Assembly (NCBI RefSeq): GCF_001194135.2
Contig: NC_068983.1
Location: forward strand, 119,860,221 to 119,921,988
Origin: Octopus bimaculoides
Taxonomy: Eukaryota
Reading direction: 5' to 3'
Length of the DNA: 61,768 nucleotides
Below the pieces are notes generated by a model, which worked only from the letters and a program-made list of their open reading frames with translations, had not been told where the DNA came from and did not search any database. The first letter of the stretch is position 1. Every line of letters starts with the position of its first letter. Position numbers and translations under genes: made by a program. Of the stretch, positions 41,801 through 50,463 are shown in pieces.

Positions 41801-44800
41801 NNNNNNNNNNNNNNNNNNNNNNNNNNNNNNNNNNNNNNNNNNNNNNNNNNNNNNNNNNNNNNNNNNNNNNNNNNNNNNNNNNNNNNNNNNNNNNNNNNNN
41901 NNNNNNNNNNNNNNNNNNNNNNNNNNNNNNNNNNNNNNNNNNNNNNNNNNNNNNNNNNNNNNNNNNNNNNNNNNNNNNNNNNNNNNNNNNNNNNNNNNNN
42001 NNNNNNNNNNNNNNNNNNNNNNNNNNNNNNNNNNNNNNNNNNNNNNNNNNNNNNNNNNNNNNNNNNNNNNNNNNNNNNNNNNNNNNNNNNNNNNNNNNNN
42101 NNNNNNNNNNNNNNNNNNNNNNNNNNNNNNNNNNNNNNNNNNNNNNNNNNNNNNNNNNNNNNNNATATATATATATATATATATAAGTGATGAGCTGGCA
42201 GAACCGTTAGCACGCCGGACCAAGAACTTGGCACATCTCGTCCGTTTTCACGGTGGTGCACCAGCATGGCCGCAGCCACTTGGCTGAAACACATAAATAA
42301 ATATATATATATATATAGTGGATTTTTCAGGCATAGCGTGGATTCTATCCCTGATAATCAAATTTCAATTAACAGTTCAACAGCGTTTTTCTCACGGTAA
42401 AACAATAGTTTTTCTGTGACAGCAGTTACATTTGCCAGATGCCTTAGCTAAGCAAAATAATGTCTTTGCCACTTGACCCTTCTAACCTCTTCTATTTCAC
42501 CAATAGCTAGAAAAGATATCACAGACTTCCAACGAATTCTATTGTTTGGACAAGCGAGTTAGTGAAAACGCAGTGAGAGCAACCATTAGTTAGTGGCCAG
42601 AGACCAACTAGTCATGGCCACAAGCAGGCAACTACTAAAGACAATTGGTCAGATGGAGAAAGAAGGCTATGAGATACAACTTCCCTCGACTCTATAACGT
42701 TCACTAGCTCAATTTCTTTTCTCTTACAAATCATTCTATTTCTATCTGTGGGTTACTACTACGAGAATGTGTACAAACATACAGGCCGAAATTAACTTTT
42801 CTTTTACCTTGTATGATTTTCCATTTACTAGTTATACATACCAACCCGTCGTGATTTTGGATATATACAATGTAACGGTAAATAAATAACCTTTTCTAAC
42901 CTAAACATTAGCACCTACATCTTGACCCGCAAAATTCGGATCTTGTGAATTTTCCGAAGTCCTCTTCCCCACAAATTTCTTTATAATCGTAATGTATGCC
43001 GTTTGAAAAGTAAATTTTTTCATTGAAAAAAAAAACAAAACATTTTCCTAAAAGTTNNNNNNNNNNNNNNNNNNNNNNNNNNNNNNNNNNNNNNNNNNNN
43101 NNNNNNNNNNNNNNNNNNNNNNNNNNNNNNNNNNNNNNNNNNNNNNNNNNNNNNNNNNNNNNNNNNNNNNNNNNNNNNNNNNNNNNNNNNNNNNNNNNNN
43201 NNNNNNNNNNNNNNNNNNNNNNNNNNNNNNNNNNNNNNNNNNNNNNNNNNNNNNNNNNNNNNNNNNNNNNNNNNNNNNNNNNNNNNNNNNNNNNNNNNNN
43301 NNNNNNNNNNNNNNNNNNNNNNNNNNNNNNNNNNNNNNNNNNNNNNNNNNNNNNNNNNNNNNNNNNNNNNNNNNNNNNNNNNNNNNNNNNNNNNNNNNNN
43401 NNNNNNNNNNNNNNNNNNNNNNNNNNNNNNNNNNNNNNNNNNNNNNNNNNNNNNNNNNNNNNNNNNNNNNNNNNNNNNNNNNNNNNNNNNNNNNNNNNNN
43501 NNNNNNNNNNNNNNNNNNNNNNNNNNNNNNNNNNNNNNNNNNNNNNNNNNNNNNNNNNNNNNNNNNNNNNNNNNNNNNNNNNNNNNNNNNNNNNNNNNNN
43601 NNNNNNNNNNNNNNNNNNNNNNNNNNNNNNNNNNNNNNNNNNNNNNNNNNNNNNNNNNNNNNNNNNNNNNNNNNNNNNNNNNNNNNNNNNNNNNNNNNNN
43701 NNNNNNNNNNNNNNNNNNNNNNNNNNNNNNNNNNNNNNNNNNNNNNNNNNNNNNNNNNNNNNNNNNNNNNNNNTTTTTTTTTTTTTTTTTTTAGTGAAAA
43801 TCGTGCGGGTGAAAGGATCAAAATTGACTAAATTTCACACCTTTGAGCCTAGCTGATACTTATTTCATCGACCCCAAAACATACATTTACCAAATGAATC
43901 TTCAAATTTCGAAAAAGGTGTGTCGGTATGTATTTTCTGAAATTCCTCTCCCTACCCACTGAAAAAAATTCCGTTATAATCGGAATCTACACCATCTGAA
44001 GCGTATTCTTATTACTAAATATCCATTTCTCTTAAAGTTATGAATAAACAAAGTGGGAGAAGGGGCACATTGTGTAGGTGTGTCATTATTATAGTTTAGC
44101 ATGCTGGAGAAAATGCTTAACAGCACGTCGTCCGTCTTTACGTTCTAAGTTCAAATTCCGTCGAGGAAGACTTTACCTTTCATCATTTTGGGGGTGGATG
44201 CAATTATTATTGTCCTGGGGTTAGTTTATTTGGTTAATGTTTACAATATTACCCGGGGGTAATATTGTAAACATTAACTTTTTTTTGTCCTGTTAATTGC
44301 TATTTGAAACGTGTTTGTAGAAGTGCGGCAGTAAGCTTATTATTGGTTATTATTTACAGGCATTTCGAAGTGAAAACCTCGTCATTAAAGTTAAAGCAAA
44401 AGTGTTGTCACTAAAAAAGATAAATCTTCTATTAAATATAAATAAAATACTAACTTCTTAACCAGATTAAGTGGGTTTTTTTAAAGTATTTATATATTCG
44501 TTCCGCTTACTCGGGAAACGCAGGTCTATTTTTGTATTTTCCCGGACTGTTTTGGTTCCATGATTAGTCCAGCAGGTACGTTTACATAAATCCAAAAATT
44601 GCTTGTGTTAATATTAAAAATCAAAAAATAACAGAAAAAGTTGTCTCAATCGTGACAACTATTCCGAAAGCACAGTAAAGGGGTGAGGAGTAAAAACTAT
44701 AAAAAAACATTAATTTTTAGATTCTTTTTTTGGTAGAGATGGACTATATGTAATTTTAACCTTCCCCCCCCCTTATTTATTAATTTTTTTTTACGGAATC

Positions 44801-45613
44801 CCACGTTTTAGGCTATGGAGATTCCGATTCTGAAAAAAAAATTTTTGAAAAATTTCAATCCCTCCCCCCACCAAACAGGCTATTTACATGCTAGAAATAA
44901 CAGCCAAATCTCACAAAACTAGTGTTAGGGTTAAGGTTAGGGTTAGGGTCAGGGTTAGGGTTTGAGTTAGGGTTAGGTTTACCCTGTGGATCTATATAAA
45001 ACCGGGGGGGGGAGGATCGAAATTTTGAAATTGAGATTTTTGAAAAATTTTTTTTCAGAATCGGAATCTCCATAGCCTAAAACGTGGGATTCCGTTAAAA
45101 AAACAAAATTTAAAAGGGGGGGGTATACCCAGATTACATATACTCCATCTCCACCCCTTTTTTTATGCGAATTACATTCGTTTTAGAATGTGGAATGAAT
45201 AATACTGAAGAGAAAAAGAAAAAGCATATTTAATTTTGTGTCGTGGCAATTATTCCAAAGGCACAATGAAGTAGGATGGGATTAAAGTTTGAAAAAAATT
45301 CTTTCATGTGAATTACTTGTGAGATGCTATTAAATTTATGAATATCAAAAAAAGACCATGTATACATTTGTGAGTGTGATGAAGGTGTTTATTTATATAT
45401 GGTATAGTAACATTTGTAAGCAAAGCATTTTAAAACTGCTTTCGGTCGAGTGCATAATAGAAATATAAAAATAAAGAGATGAAGTAAATTACATACCACT
45501 CCGAGTGGTTTTCTCAGTAAATAGGTCGAAGCATAAGACAACCAACCTAAACAGAAAACCAGTACTTGTTTACTTCGTAGAAGTGACATGTCGAAAGACA
45601 TTTGGGAAGACAT
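2748..45613 (-). CDS. 13-exon gene, SLC37/GlpT-family (OPA) MFS sugar-phosphate:Pi antiporter, 428 aa; join complement(45497-45613,37767-37859,33331-33411,31073-31141,27187-27312,25638-25697,23051-23123,19635-19695,14894-14984,11711-11805,9152-9312,6850-6924,2748-2932)
   Basis: All introns are GT-AG with compatible phases. Exons total 1287 nt = 428 codons + TAA. Family-like motifs: YASTYLLRKP, LGWLDTALLLPYA, GDKIGPR, WPNCVKVLGEWF, KVVRYCMFMWLP, FEVGGVLG, FNCGPDSILG, GFVNGFGSIG. Confidence 0.93.
3270..4416 (+). mobile_element. DNA transposon 3' fragment, probably CMC/Chapaev-like, interrupted by a SINE
   Basis: CNMSIKIHFLNSHLDQFPSNLGAVSDNQGERFHQDI..MMADYCW motif; terminus ...CCCAGTG at 4416; superfamily assignment from recall. 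Confidence 0.65.
3806..4218 (-). mobile_element. tRNA-derived SINE (abundant family A), full length
   Basis: Minus-strand head with A/B boxes (TGGTTGTGTGG, GGTTCAGTCCC), internal (TA/TG) tract, AG-rich tail; homologous copies elsewhere in the window. Confidence 0.85.
6850..6924 (-). CDS. SLC37-like exon 12 (AAVPSRIGELNGRNAGAAVVGFVNG)
   Basis: tcccag| ... ATG|gtaagc; 75 nt. Confidence 0.92.
7373..7596. mobile_element. TTAA-flanked (piggyBac-like) MITE inserted into a LINE 3' tail
   Basis: ttaa-ccct ... aggg-ttaa ends; related copy at ~24420-24638. Confidence 0.7.
8684..8895. mobile_element. Tc1/mariner-type MITE
   Basis: ~30-bp imperfect TIRs tacaagggggtgctgaaaagttcctggcttt / aaagccagaaacttttcagtaccctcttgta with TA ends. 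Confidence 0.75.
9152..9312 (-). CDS. SLC37-like exon 11 (FFSKGPLFGTG...LAGAFNCGPDSILG)
   Basis: ctgtag| ... TAG|gtcagt; 161 nt. Confidence 0.92.
9436..9650 (+). mobile_element. Short SINE with Nin/Deu-like core; similar copies at ~6430-6620(-), 20650-20910(-), 37970-38170(-), 44060-44220(+)
   Basis: Shared ttttcatcctttc.g.gtc.ataaaata..acc core after a tRNA-like B box. Confidence 0.6.
9655..9900 (-). mobile_element. R4/Dong-like non-LTR retrotransposon 3' end
   Basis: PMVIRALG..LQKAALLGTAHILRKVL C-terminal motif; adjacent (TAA)n. Confidence 0.7.
9903..10560 (+). mobile_element. Tx1/L1-like LINE ORF2 C-terminus and 3' UTR, 5'-truncated
   Basis: ORF 9907..10341 with degenerate C..ET....L.QCP zinc knuckle and FVERW motif; AATAAA at ~10554. 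Confidence 0.65.
11711..11805 (-). CDS. SLC37-like exon 10 (LKYSKSKAGIFSIAFEVGGVLGSALIGFVMDR)
   Basis: ttctag| ... AG|gtgggt; 95 nt. Confidence 0.92.
12020..14350 (-). mobile_element. Old, fragmented RTE-type LINE with an internal MITE insertion
   Basis: EGTCRRGRPW-like C-terminus at ~12100-12170; degenerate ORF-like sequence at 12950-14350. Confidence 0.5.
14894..14984 (-). CDS. SLC37-like exon 9 (MVFDVALAVFCLKVVRYCMFMWLPMYLYNE)
   Basis: ttccag| ... GAG|gtaaga; 91 nt; inside ORF 14801..14983. Confidence 0.93.
15255..15892 (-). mobile_element. Young RTE-type LINE 3' fragment with (GAT)n tail
   Basis: RWYGHVVRMEEDSCVKKC..EGTRGRGRPRKTWAEVV..D...W; family 3' UTR; contains an N gap. Confidence 0.9.
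17465..17687. mobile_element. hAT-like MITE
   Basis: 15-bp perfect TIR agcatttctcaacct / aggttgagaaatgct; no TSD recognised. Confidence 0.6.
17688..18155 (+). mobile_element. Helitron PIF1-like helicase C-terminal fragment
   Basis: GLPPHELHLKVGVPIMLLRNL..CNGT, QFPIKLCFAMTVNKAQGQSL, VFSHRQLYVGCSRV; intronless and N-terminally truncated. Confidence 0.85.
19050..19450 (-). mobile_element. SINE-like repeat ending in (TAA)n
   Basis: End sequence gagtgagagagca beside (TAT)n recurs at ~22156. Confidence 0.5.
19635..19695 (-). CDS. SLC37-like exon 8, central loop (ENQNPTEEKKKMSYFEIMKIP)
   Basis: tcacag| ... CC|gtaagc; 61 nt, phase 1 to 2, joins exons 7 and 9 in frame. Confidence 0.87.
20933..21737 (+). 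mobile_element. Young RTE-type LINE 3' fragment with (GAT)n tail
   Basis: ERNEASMLRWMC..RRLR..EGTRGRGRPWKTW; near-identical to 15255-15892 in the opposite orientation. Confidence 0.9.
21880..22100 (+). mobile_element. R4/Dong-like non-LTR 3' fragment, degenerate
   Basis: RLWKKKVITAAVVIGALGTIPK motif; (TAT)n downstream. Confidence 0.6.
23051..23123 (-). CDS. SLC37-like exon 7 (LSFGILVFMLFQQPNELNIEVPGK-)
   Basis: tttcag| ... AAAG|gtgaca; 73 nt, phase 0 to 1. Confidence 0.87.
23202..23292. repeat. Compound (TG)n/(AG)n microsatellite
   Basis: Direct observation. Confidence 0.95.
23847..24232 (-). mobile_element. Full-length tRNA-derived SINE (family B) with 11-bp TSD
   Basis: A box TGGTCCAGTGG, B box GGTTTCAATTCC, (CAA)n tail; TSD accttccatag at 23836-23846 and 24233-24243. 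Confidence 0.9.
25638..25697 (-). CDS. SLC37-like exon 6 (VYLQTSYGWRNAFTLPSIIV)
   Basis: gaacag| ... GTT|gtaagt; 60 nt; YGWR motif. Confidence 0.92.
27187..27312 (-). CDS. SLC37-like exon 5 (AQCWPNCVKVLGEWFPERLRNSVFGMFGTCAFGGGIIGTALA)
   Basis: ttgcag| ... GCA|gtaagt; 126 nt. Confidence 0.93.
27625..28190 (+). mobile_element. Mariner transposon 5' half (TIR, HTH, WVPHKL), internally deleted
   Basis: EHIQHILFYEF..ARNINAVYG..WFQKF..LGQWVPHKL. Confidence 0.85.
29080..29376. mobile_element. hAT MITE
   Basis: 16-bp perfect TIR caggggttttcaaact; 8-bp TSD tcttaaca on both sides. Confidence 0.9.
29440..30100 (+). mobile_element. Degenerate RTE-type LINE 3' fragment
   Basis: KGRLYDAC..LHGSET..RLERNEATMLHWIC..RRLCWLGH; frameshifted. 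Confidence 0.8.
31073..31141 (-). CDS. SLC37-like exon 4 (MTFGMWSNFTTFVILLFLNGTAQ)
   Basis: ttccag| ... CAG|gtaaag; 69 nt. Confidence 0.92.
31190..31600 (+). mobile_element. SINE family A; further copies at ~18460-18680, 28723-28880, 46507-46900, 51333-51668, 51808-51975(-), 61160-61250
   Basis: Same head, body and tail as the 3806-4218 copy. Confidence 0.85.
33331..33411 (-). CDS. SLC37-like exon 3 (ILLGSVGDKIGPRKTFGFCLVFSGLSM)
   Basis: tttcag| ... ATG|gtaagt; 81 nt; MFS motif A-like GxxxDKxGxR. Confidence 0.93.
35810..35879. repeat. (GA)n microsatellite
   Basis: Direct observation. Confidence 0.95.
36020..36760 (+). mobile_element. Degenerate Hero/NeSL-like non-LTR retrotransposon C-terminus (zinc knuckle and restriction-like endonuclease)
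   Basis: TL.HIL..C.KALG; GLLATA.D.ELKADLGKQLKF; LRPD; GWQARC..I.V..RGF across frameshifts. Confidence 0.7.
37767..37859 (-). CDS. SLC37-like exon 2 (VKTDLEQSLHIPREKLGWLDTALLLPYAFMQ)
   Basis: ttccag| ... CAG|gttaat; 93 nt. Confidence 0.92.
38717..38932. mobile_element. Fold-back MITE (almost wholly palindromic)
   Basis: cccattcaatgtttaggtaa / ttacctaaacattgaatggg termini; ~95-bp imperfect arms. Confidence 0.7.
39620..43055 (+). mobile_element. Merlin (IS1595/ISXO2-like) DNA transposon with long TIRs; disrupted transposase ~40309-41270
   Basis: CPTC zinc finger, IGGDG..VEIDET, VWLF.G.ER, SDCW.AY..L, HTQNI.RLW; ~39890-40060 is inverted at ~42890-43055. Confidence 0.8.
44735..45155. mobile_element. 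Long-TIR MITE with internal telomere-like repeat
   Basis: 48-bp perfect inverted arms 44793-44840 / 45048-45095 plus degenerate outer arms. Confidence 0.75.
44925..44978 (+). repeat. Degenerate (TTAGGG)9 array
   Basis: 9 hexamers, 5 of them perfect TTAGGG. Confidence 0.85.
45497..45613 (-). CDS. SLC37-like exon 1 (MSSQMSFDM...YASTYLLRKPLGV); the true start could be any of three Met codons
   Basis: ORF 45389..45613; donor GTG|gtatgt; 117 nt, phase 0. Confidence 0.9.
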
Positions 45614-46040
45614 TCTCCAAACCGATCTTCCTTTATAAACAAGTCAGTTGAAGAGAAAGAGAGAGACGTCCGGTAGCGAAATAGAGCGAGAATAATTCGA
45701 GTTATGGGACATTTGCCAGTCTCTGACTTCCTGTAACTCGACTCCGATCACCAACTGATGTTGAAAATGTCAACGGTAGATAACTCCAACCGGTACTTGG
45801 GACAATGTGAGTCGTTATTCGCTTTATTTTCACAGACAATATAATATGATTGATTCGATATTATTACCAACTTTCAAACTTTACTACTATTTCATTTGTT
45901 AAACACTGACTTCTGTGGGGAATTAAAGAAGAGAGTTGTCACCGGTCAGATTCAATCTTAGAACAGGAAAATACTGGGGCTGTCTCATTGCTTTCGCCGC
46001 CGCAAAATATTGTATTTTCTGTATTAAATCGATGGTAAGT
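45614..46040. promoter_or_regulatory. Probable bidirectional promoter and candidate plus-strand first exon(s)
   Basis: Locally CpG-richer unique sequence just upstream of the minus-strand ATG; plus-strand donors CAAT|gtgagt (45807) and ATG|gtaagt (46035); ETS-like ACTTCCTG. Confidence 0.55.
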
Positions 46041-48469
46041 AACTGGATATTTTACTCAGTTATTTTAATACATTTCTGACATACAGTTTTATAGATATTT
46101 ATTGACTTTGGGGATTGATGTCACAGTTCTTTCTTTTTTCTTTTTGTTGTGCATTACCTCGAGTTTCACATATGTATAAAACGGAGGAACCTCTATGCAG
46201 TTGCTCGGTTTGCTAGCTATACCAATGAAATCTCCCTCAAATAATACCCTACTATCTTAAATAAGGAAAGAGCGCTTTACATAATGTAGTTGTCCATACC
46301 TCTAAAATATCGAAGTGGTTTGCTTGTTCAGAAGTGACTAAGAGTTTAAAAAAACTAAAATCCTCTTTAGTTTCCTTGGTTTAGGAAACATATACACAGT
46401 TTAATTTCCGAACTGTGTCGTATATATATTTTAAGGCAATCTTTCGTTATATGCACTTAAAAACGGTACACTTTTATTTTTCAGGGATATAGATTTATCT
46501 CTTTTAAGGCGCAGGCGTGTTTGCATGGTAAGACGCTTGCTTTCCAATCAGATGGTTCCAAGTTTATTCTGCCTGGCACCTTCGGCAAGTGCCTTCTGCT
46601 ATAGCCTCGGGTCGATCAAAGCTATGTGAATGAATTTGATAGACGGAAAGTGAAAGAAGCCCGTCATATATGTATGTATATATCCATCTTTGTGTATGTG
46701 TTGGTCCCCCACCACCGCTCAACAACCGGTTTTGGTGTGTCTACGTCCCCGTAACTTATCTGTTCGGCAAAAGAGACCGAGAGAATAAGTCCCGCGCTTT
46801 AAAAAAGTCCTGGGGGTAATTTGTTCGACTAAAACCATTCAAGGCGGTGCCCCAGCATGGCCGAAGTCAAATGACTGAAACAAATGAAAGATAAAAGATA
46901 TATAGAAAACACCACTGCACCACACCCACTCTAAACATAAACTACACTCAACTAAAGCTTTCACCATCGTTCCAAATGTCACGCCTCACTATCTCCGAAG
47001 ATCTCTCCTGACGAAAGCATACCTTTAGCATAGTTAAGACCACATCCCAAAGACTAGCCCTTCTCTTTAGAGGTTATTTCAGAGGATATTTCAGCCCCTA
47101 ACAGCTGCTAATGCTCTGCAGGCTTCAACGGAATTCCACAGTAGTTTACTGCTGCCACATCTGGAATAGTTCTGCTACTATGCTCATTACAGTCTGAATT
47201 GCATCCAGAGAAAGACCTCTTGACAGATCAGTGCTACATCTCTAAAGTATACATCCAGTCTCTGGACTACAGATCTGCTGGTGTGCTGTCTCCCTCCCCT
47301 TCTCTCCCCTTTCTCTCTTTCCTATCTTCTGCCCTGCAGATCCAACAAATCTTCTACATCCACACCCAGGTACTCCGTCCCACTTTTCTTTCCACCTTTC
47401 TTCAACATAAAAATGCATGCTATTATTAATATATATATGTAGCAGTATTGACTACCATACCTGTGTAAATGATTGCTCCTGCTGCACACACACACATACA
47501 TTGTAATGTTGCCTAGCAAGGGAAAACACACAGAAACTAGACTTCAATGAAAATGACAATTGACTACAAAATATATTGCATCCTTTTGTAAATATATATT
47601 AAGAATCAATGCAGTTGTTAACATAACAATAAATACATAATCATGTCATATGAGCACGATGTTCTATTGATTTAAATTGGTCTTATATTTTAGCCAATCG
47701 AATATGTTGAAGATGAGCCTACTCTGATGTCTACTCTATTGTGGCTTTTATAGGCCTATAAAAACTACAATAAATCACCAAGAACTACCACTTCACTAGA
47801 GAAATCTCTGCATCTCGATGTCAAAGAAATCTGTAATTTTCTGAGCCTTAATACATGATTGACATTTGAAAGTTCAGGCAGTGTGACAATAATAAAGATT
47901 TGTTATGGTGAAAGTACAGATAATTTTTTTGACTTTTCCCTCATAATTTATTGCTATGAATCTTATTCATCATCATAATCGTTTAACGTTCATTTTCCAT
48001 GATGGTATATGGGTTGGACGATTTGACTGGGGTCTGGGAAGCCTGGAGGCTGCACCAGGCTCCAGTCTGATCTGGCAGTGTTTCCAACTGTAGAAACACT
48101 GCCAGATCAGACTGGAGCTTGGTGCAGCCTCCTGGCTTCCCAGACCCCAGGCAAATCGTCCAACCCATGCCAACATGGAAAACGGATGTTAAACGACGAT
48201 GATGATGAATAAGATTCATAGCAATAAATTATGAGGCAAAATCAAAAATAATCTGTACTTCCACCATAACATATCTTTATTATTGTCACACTGCCTTCTG
48301 TGTATGCATGCTTATAGTTGGTACTATTGTGGTTATATGACTGAAGTTTGAGTCTGATGGTGCCACTTTTCTTTCTGGCTTTACAGTGTAAGCATGGCTA
48401 CTCCATTAACAATGTGCACCAAAGAAGAACAAAAAGCAGTGATCTGAGAGATGGTAATGGTGAACCAGT

Positions 48470-48900
48470 TCACCATTACCATATCTTGAGCTTGCTGAAT
48501 CTTCTTGTCAGTGGTGGAGGTTGATGGGCGTCCTGCTCTCTCTTCGTGCATCCCACTTATCTGGCCACTTTTAAACTTCTCGATTCATTCATACACACTT
48601 CTATGCGGTAGTATACTGTCCCCATATTGTGCTAAAAGCCTCTGATGAATTTCAACACCTGACACACCTTCCAACCAGAGAAATCAGATCACTGCTCCTT
48701 GTTCTTCTTTGGTGCACATTGCTAGTGGAGCAGCCATGCTTACACTGTAATGCCAGAACGAAAAATGGTACCATAGGCTCAAACTTCGATCACGTGACCA
48801 CAATAGTACCAACTATAAGCATGCATGTGCAGAGAGGCAGTGTGACACTTATAAAGGTATGTTATGACAATAGTGCAGATAATTTTTGACTCCCCCTCAA
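48470..48900 (-). mobile_element. Mariner 5' end (TIR and transposase N-terminus), part of a compound fold-back
   Basis: MAAPLAMCTKEEQ.AVI.FLWLEGVSGVEIHQRL.AQYG..RSVYE.IEKFK..GRP. Confidence 0.8.
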
Positions 48901-49554
48901 GGAGACATGAATATTTTCAAATGTATGAAAAATATTTTTTACAAGCTCTGTCTTGTTGTGTAAAGTAGAATTGTTTGTTGTTTGCTTTACTCGTTTAAAT
49001 ATGGAATTTGAACTATATTTCAAGCTAATATTGTCTTGTATTTGAATGTTTTAAGACATAAGTACAAGTCCTTACTCAAAAACATCAGTTGCTTTTATCT
49101 GCTTGTGGCCTAGCATTCTAGTTGGATGACTACTTAGGGATGTCATTTATTTATCATACATTCTGATCACTTTATATCACTCATAGGAATTAATGCTGTC
49201 CATTATAGTTGGTATTTGATTCTCTTGATTTTCTGATTTTCATGATCCAAACAGACAAAATGGTAAAGGCTTTTCCCCAGAGGATGGTAATGAAGATGCA
49301 CTTGACAGGCCACTTTGACTCACTGGGCTTGCACTTGTTGACAACCATCCCCACCCCATTGAGGCTCATTCTTATTAACTGTGACATGTCATACTCCATA
49401 TAGAAATAAACCAGCCATATCAGGCCCAAGTATTCTACCTCTTGTATGTTCAAACCAGCCAGATTTGGCCTCTTACACCTGCCCTAGAGTGTCATTGTAA
49501 AAAAAATAATCATATTGAAACCTCATGGCTATGAGATAATGCATGAATAATTCT

Positions 49555-49895
49555 AAGGTACATGGCTCAATGGTTAGAGTGATGGATTACAATCATGGGG
49601 TAGTGAGTTTGATTCCCAAACCAGGCTATGTATTGAGTTCTTGAACAAGACACTTCACTTCACATTGTTCCAGTTCACTCAGCTTTAGAAATAAGTTGTG
49701 ACATCACTGGTGTCAAACTGTATCAGCCTTGCCCTTTCCCTTGGATAACATTGGTGGCATGGAGACAGGAGGCTGGTATGCATAGGCAAATGCTGATCTT
49801 CCATAAAACTACCTTGCCTGGACTTGTGCCTCAGAGGGTAAATATCTAGGTGCAATCCCATGGTCATTCATGATTGAAGCGGGTCTTTACCTTTT
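49555..49895 (+). mobile_element. tRNA-derived SINE, CORE-like
   Basis: TGGCTCAATGG A box, GTTTGATTCCC B box, ttgaacaagacacttca core. Confidence 0.6.
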
Positions 49896-50463
49896 ACTCT
49901 AATTCTAAACAAGGTGCATTCAGATTACTCTGTCTAACGTAATGTTTGTTTACATTACGTTTGACAGAGTAATCTGAATGCTAAAAGGTTTTAAGCAAAC
50001 CTATGATCAAAGGCATTCTAGCCATGACCATCTTGTTTTTTAGCCATGTTATATGTGGAACACTGACATACTATCCAGAAGATTTACCTCTCATCCATTT
50101 GAGATTTTTAGCACTAATCTTCAAAAGCTTCTTGAAACTAGGGAGACATTTATATTTCACAGTCAGAATTGCTGAACCATGGAATAAACTACCTGTATCA
50201 GTTATTATCTGTTGAGACACTACATCCTTCAAAACTTCCATGCTTCCTGAAATTTGCCAACAGTACACTTGATGCTCCCACCTCTGTTTTTCTTTTCTTT
50301 ATTTTTCAAAGACTTATTCACTGTTCACTTCCTGTGTATATTCTATGTACTGTTCATGCAGTTTTGGTTACTTTTTCTGTTGAGATGTAGTGGACTTGAG
50401 TACTGTAAACAATAAATTCATTATAACAATCTGTCCTTTTTTTTCTCATTTGTCAACCTCAAG

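Noticed and set aside
44925-44978. Chromosome end or fusion scar
   Set aside because: Short, degenerate and enclosed by MITE arms
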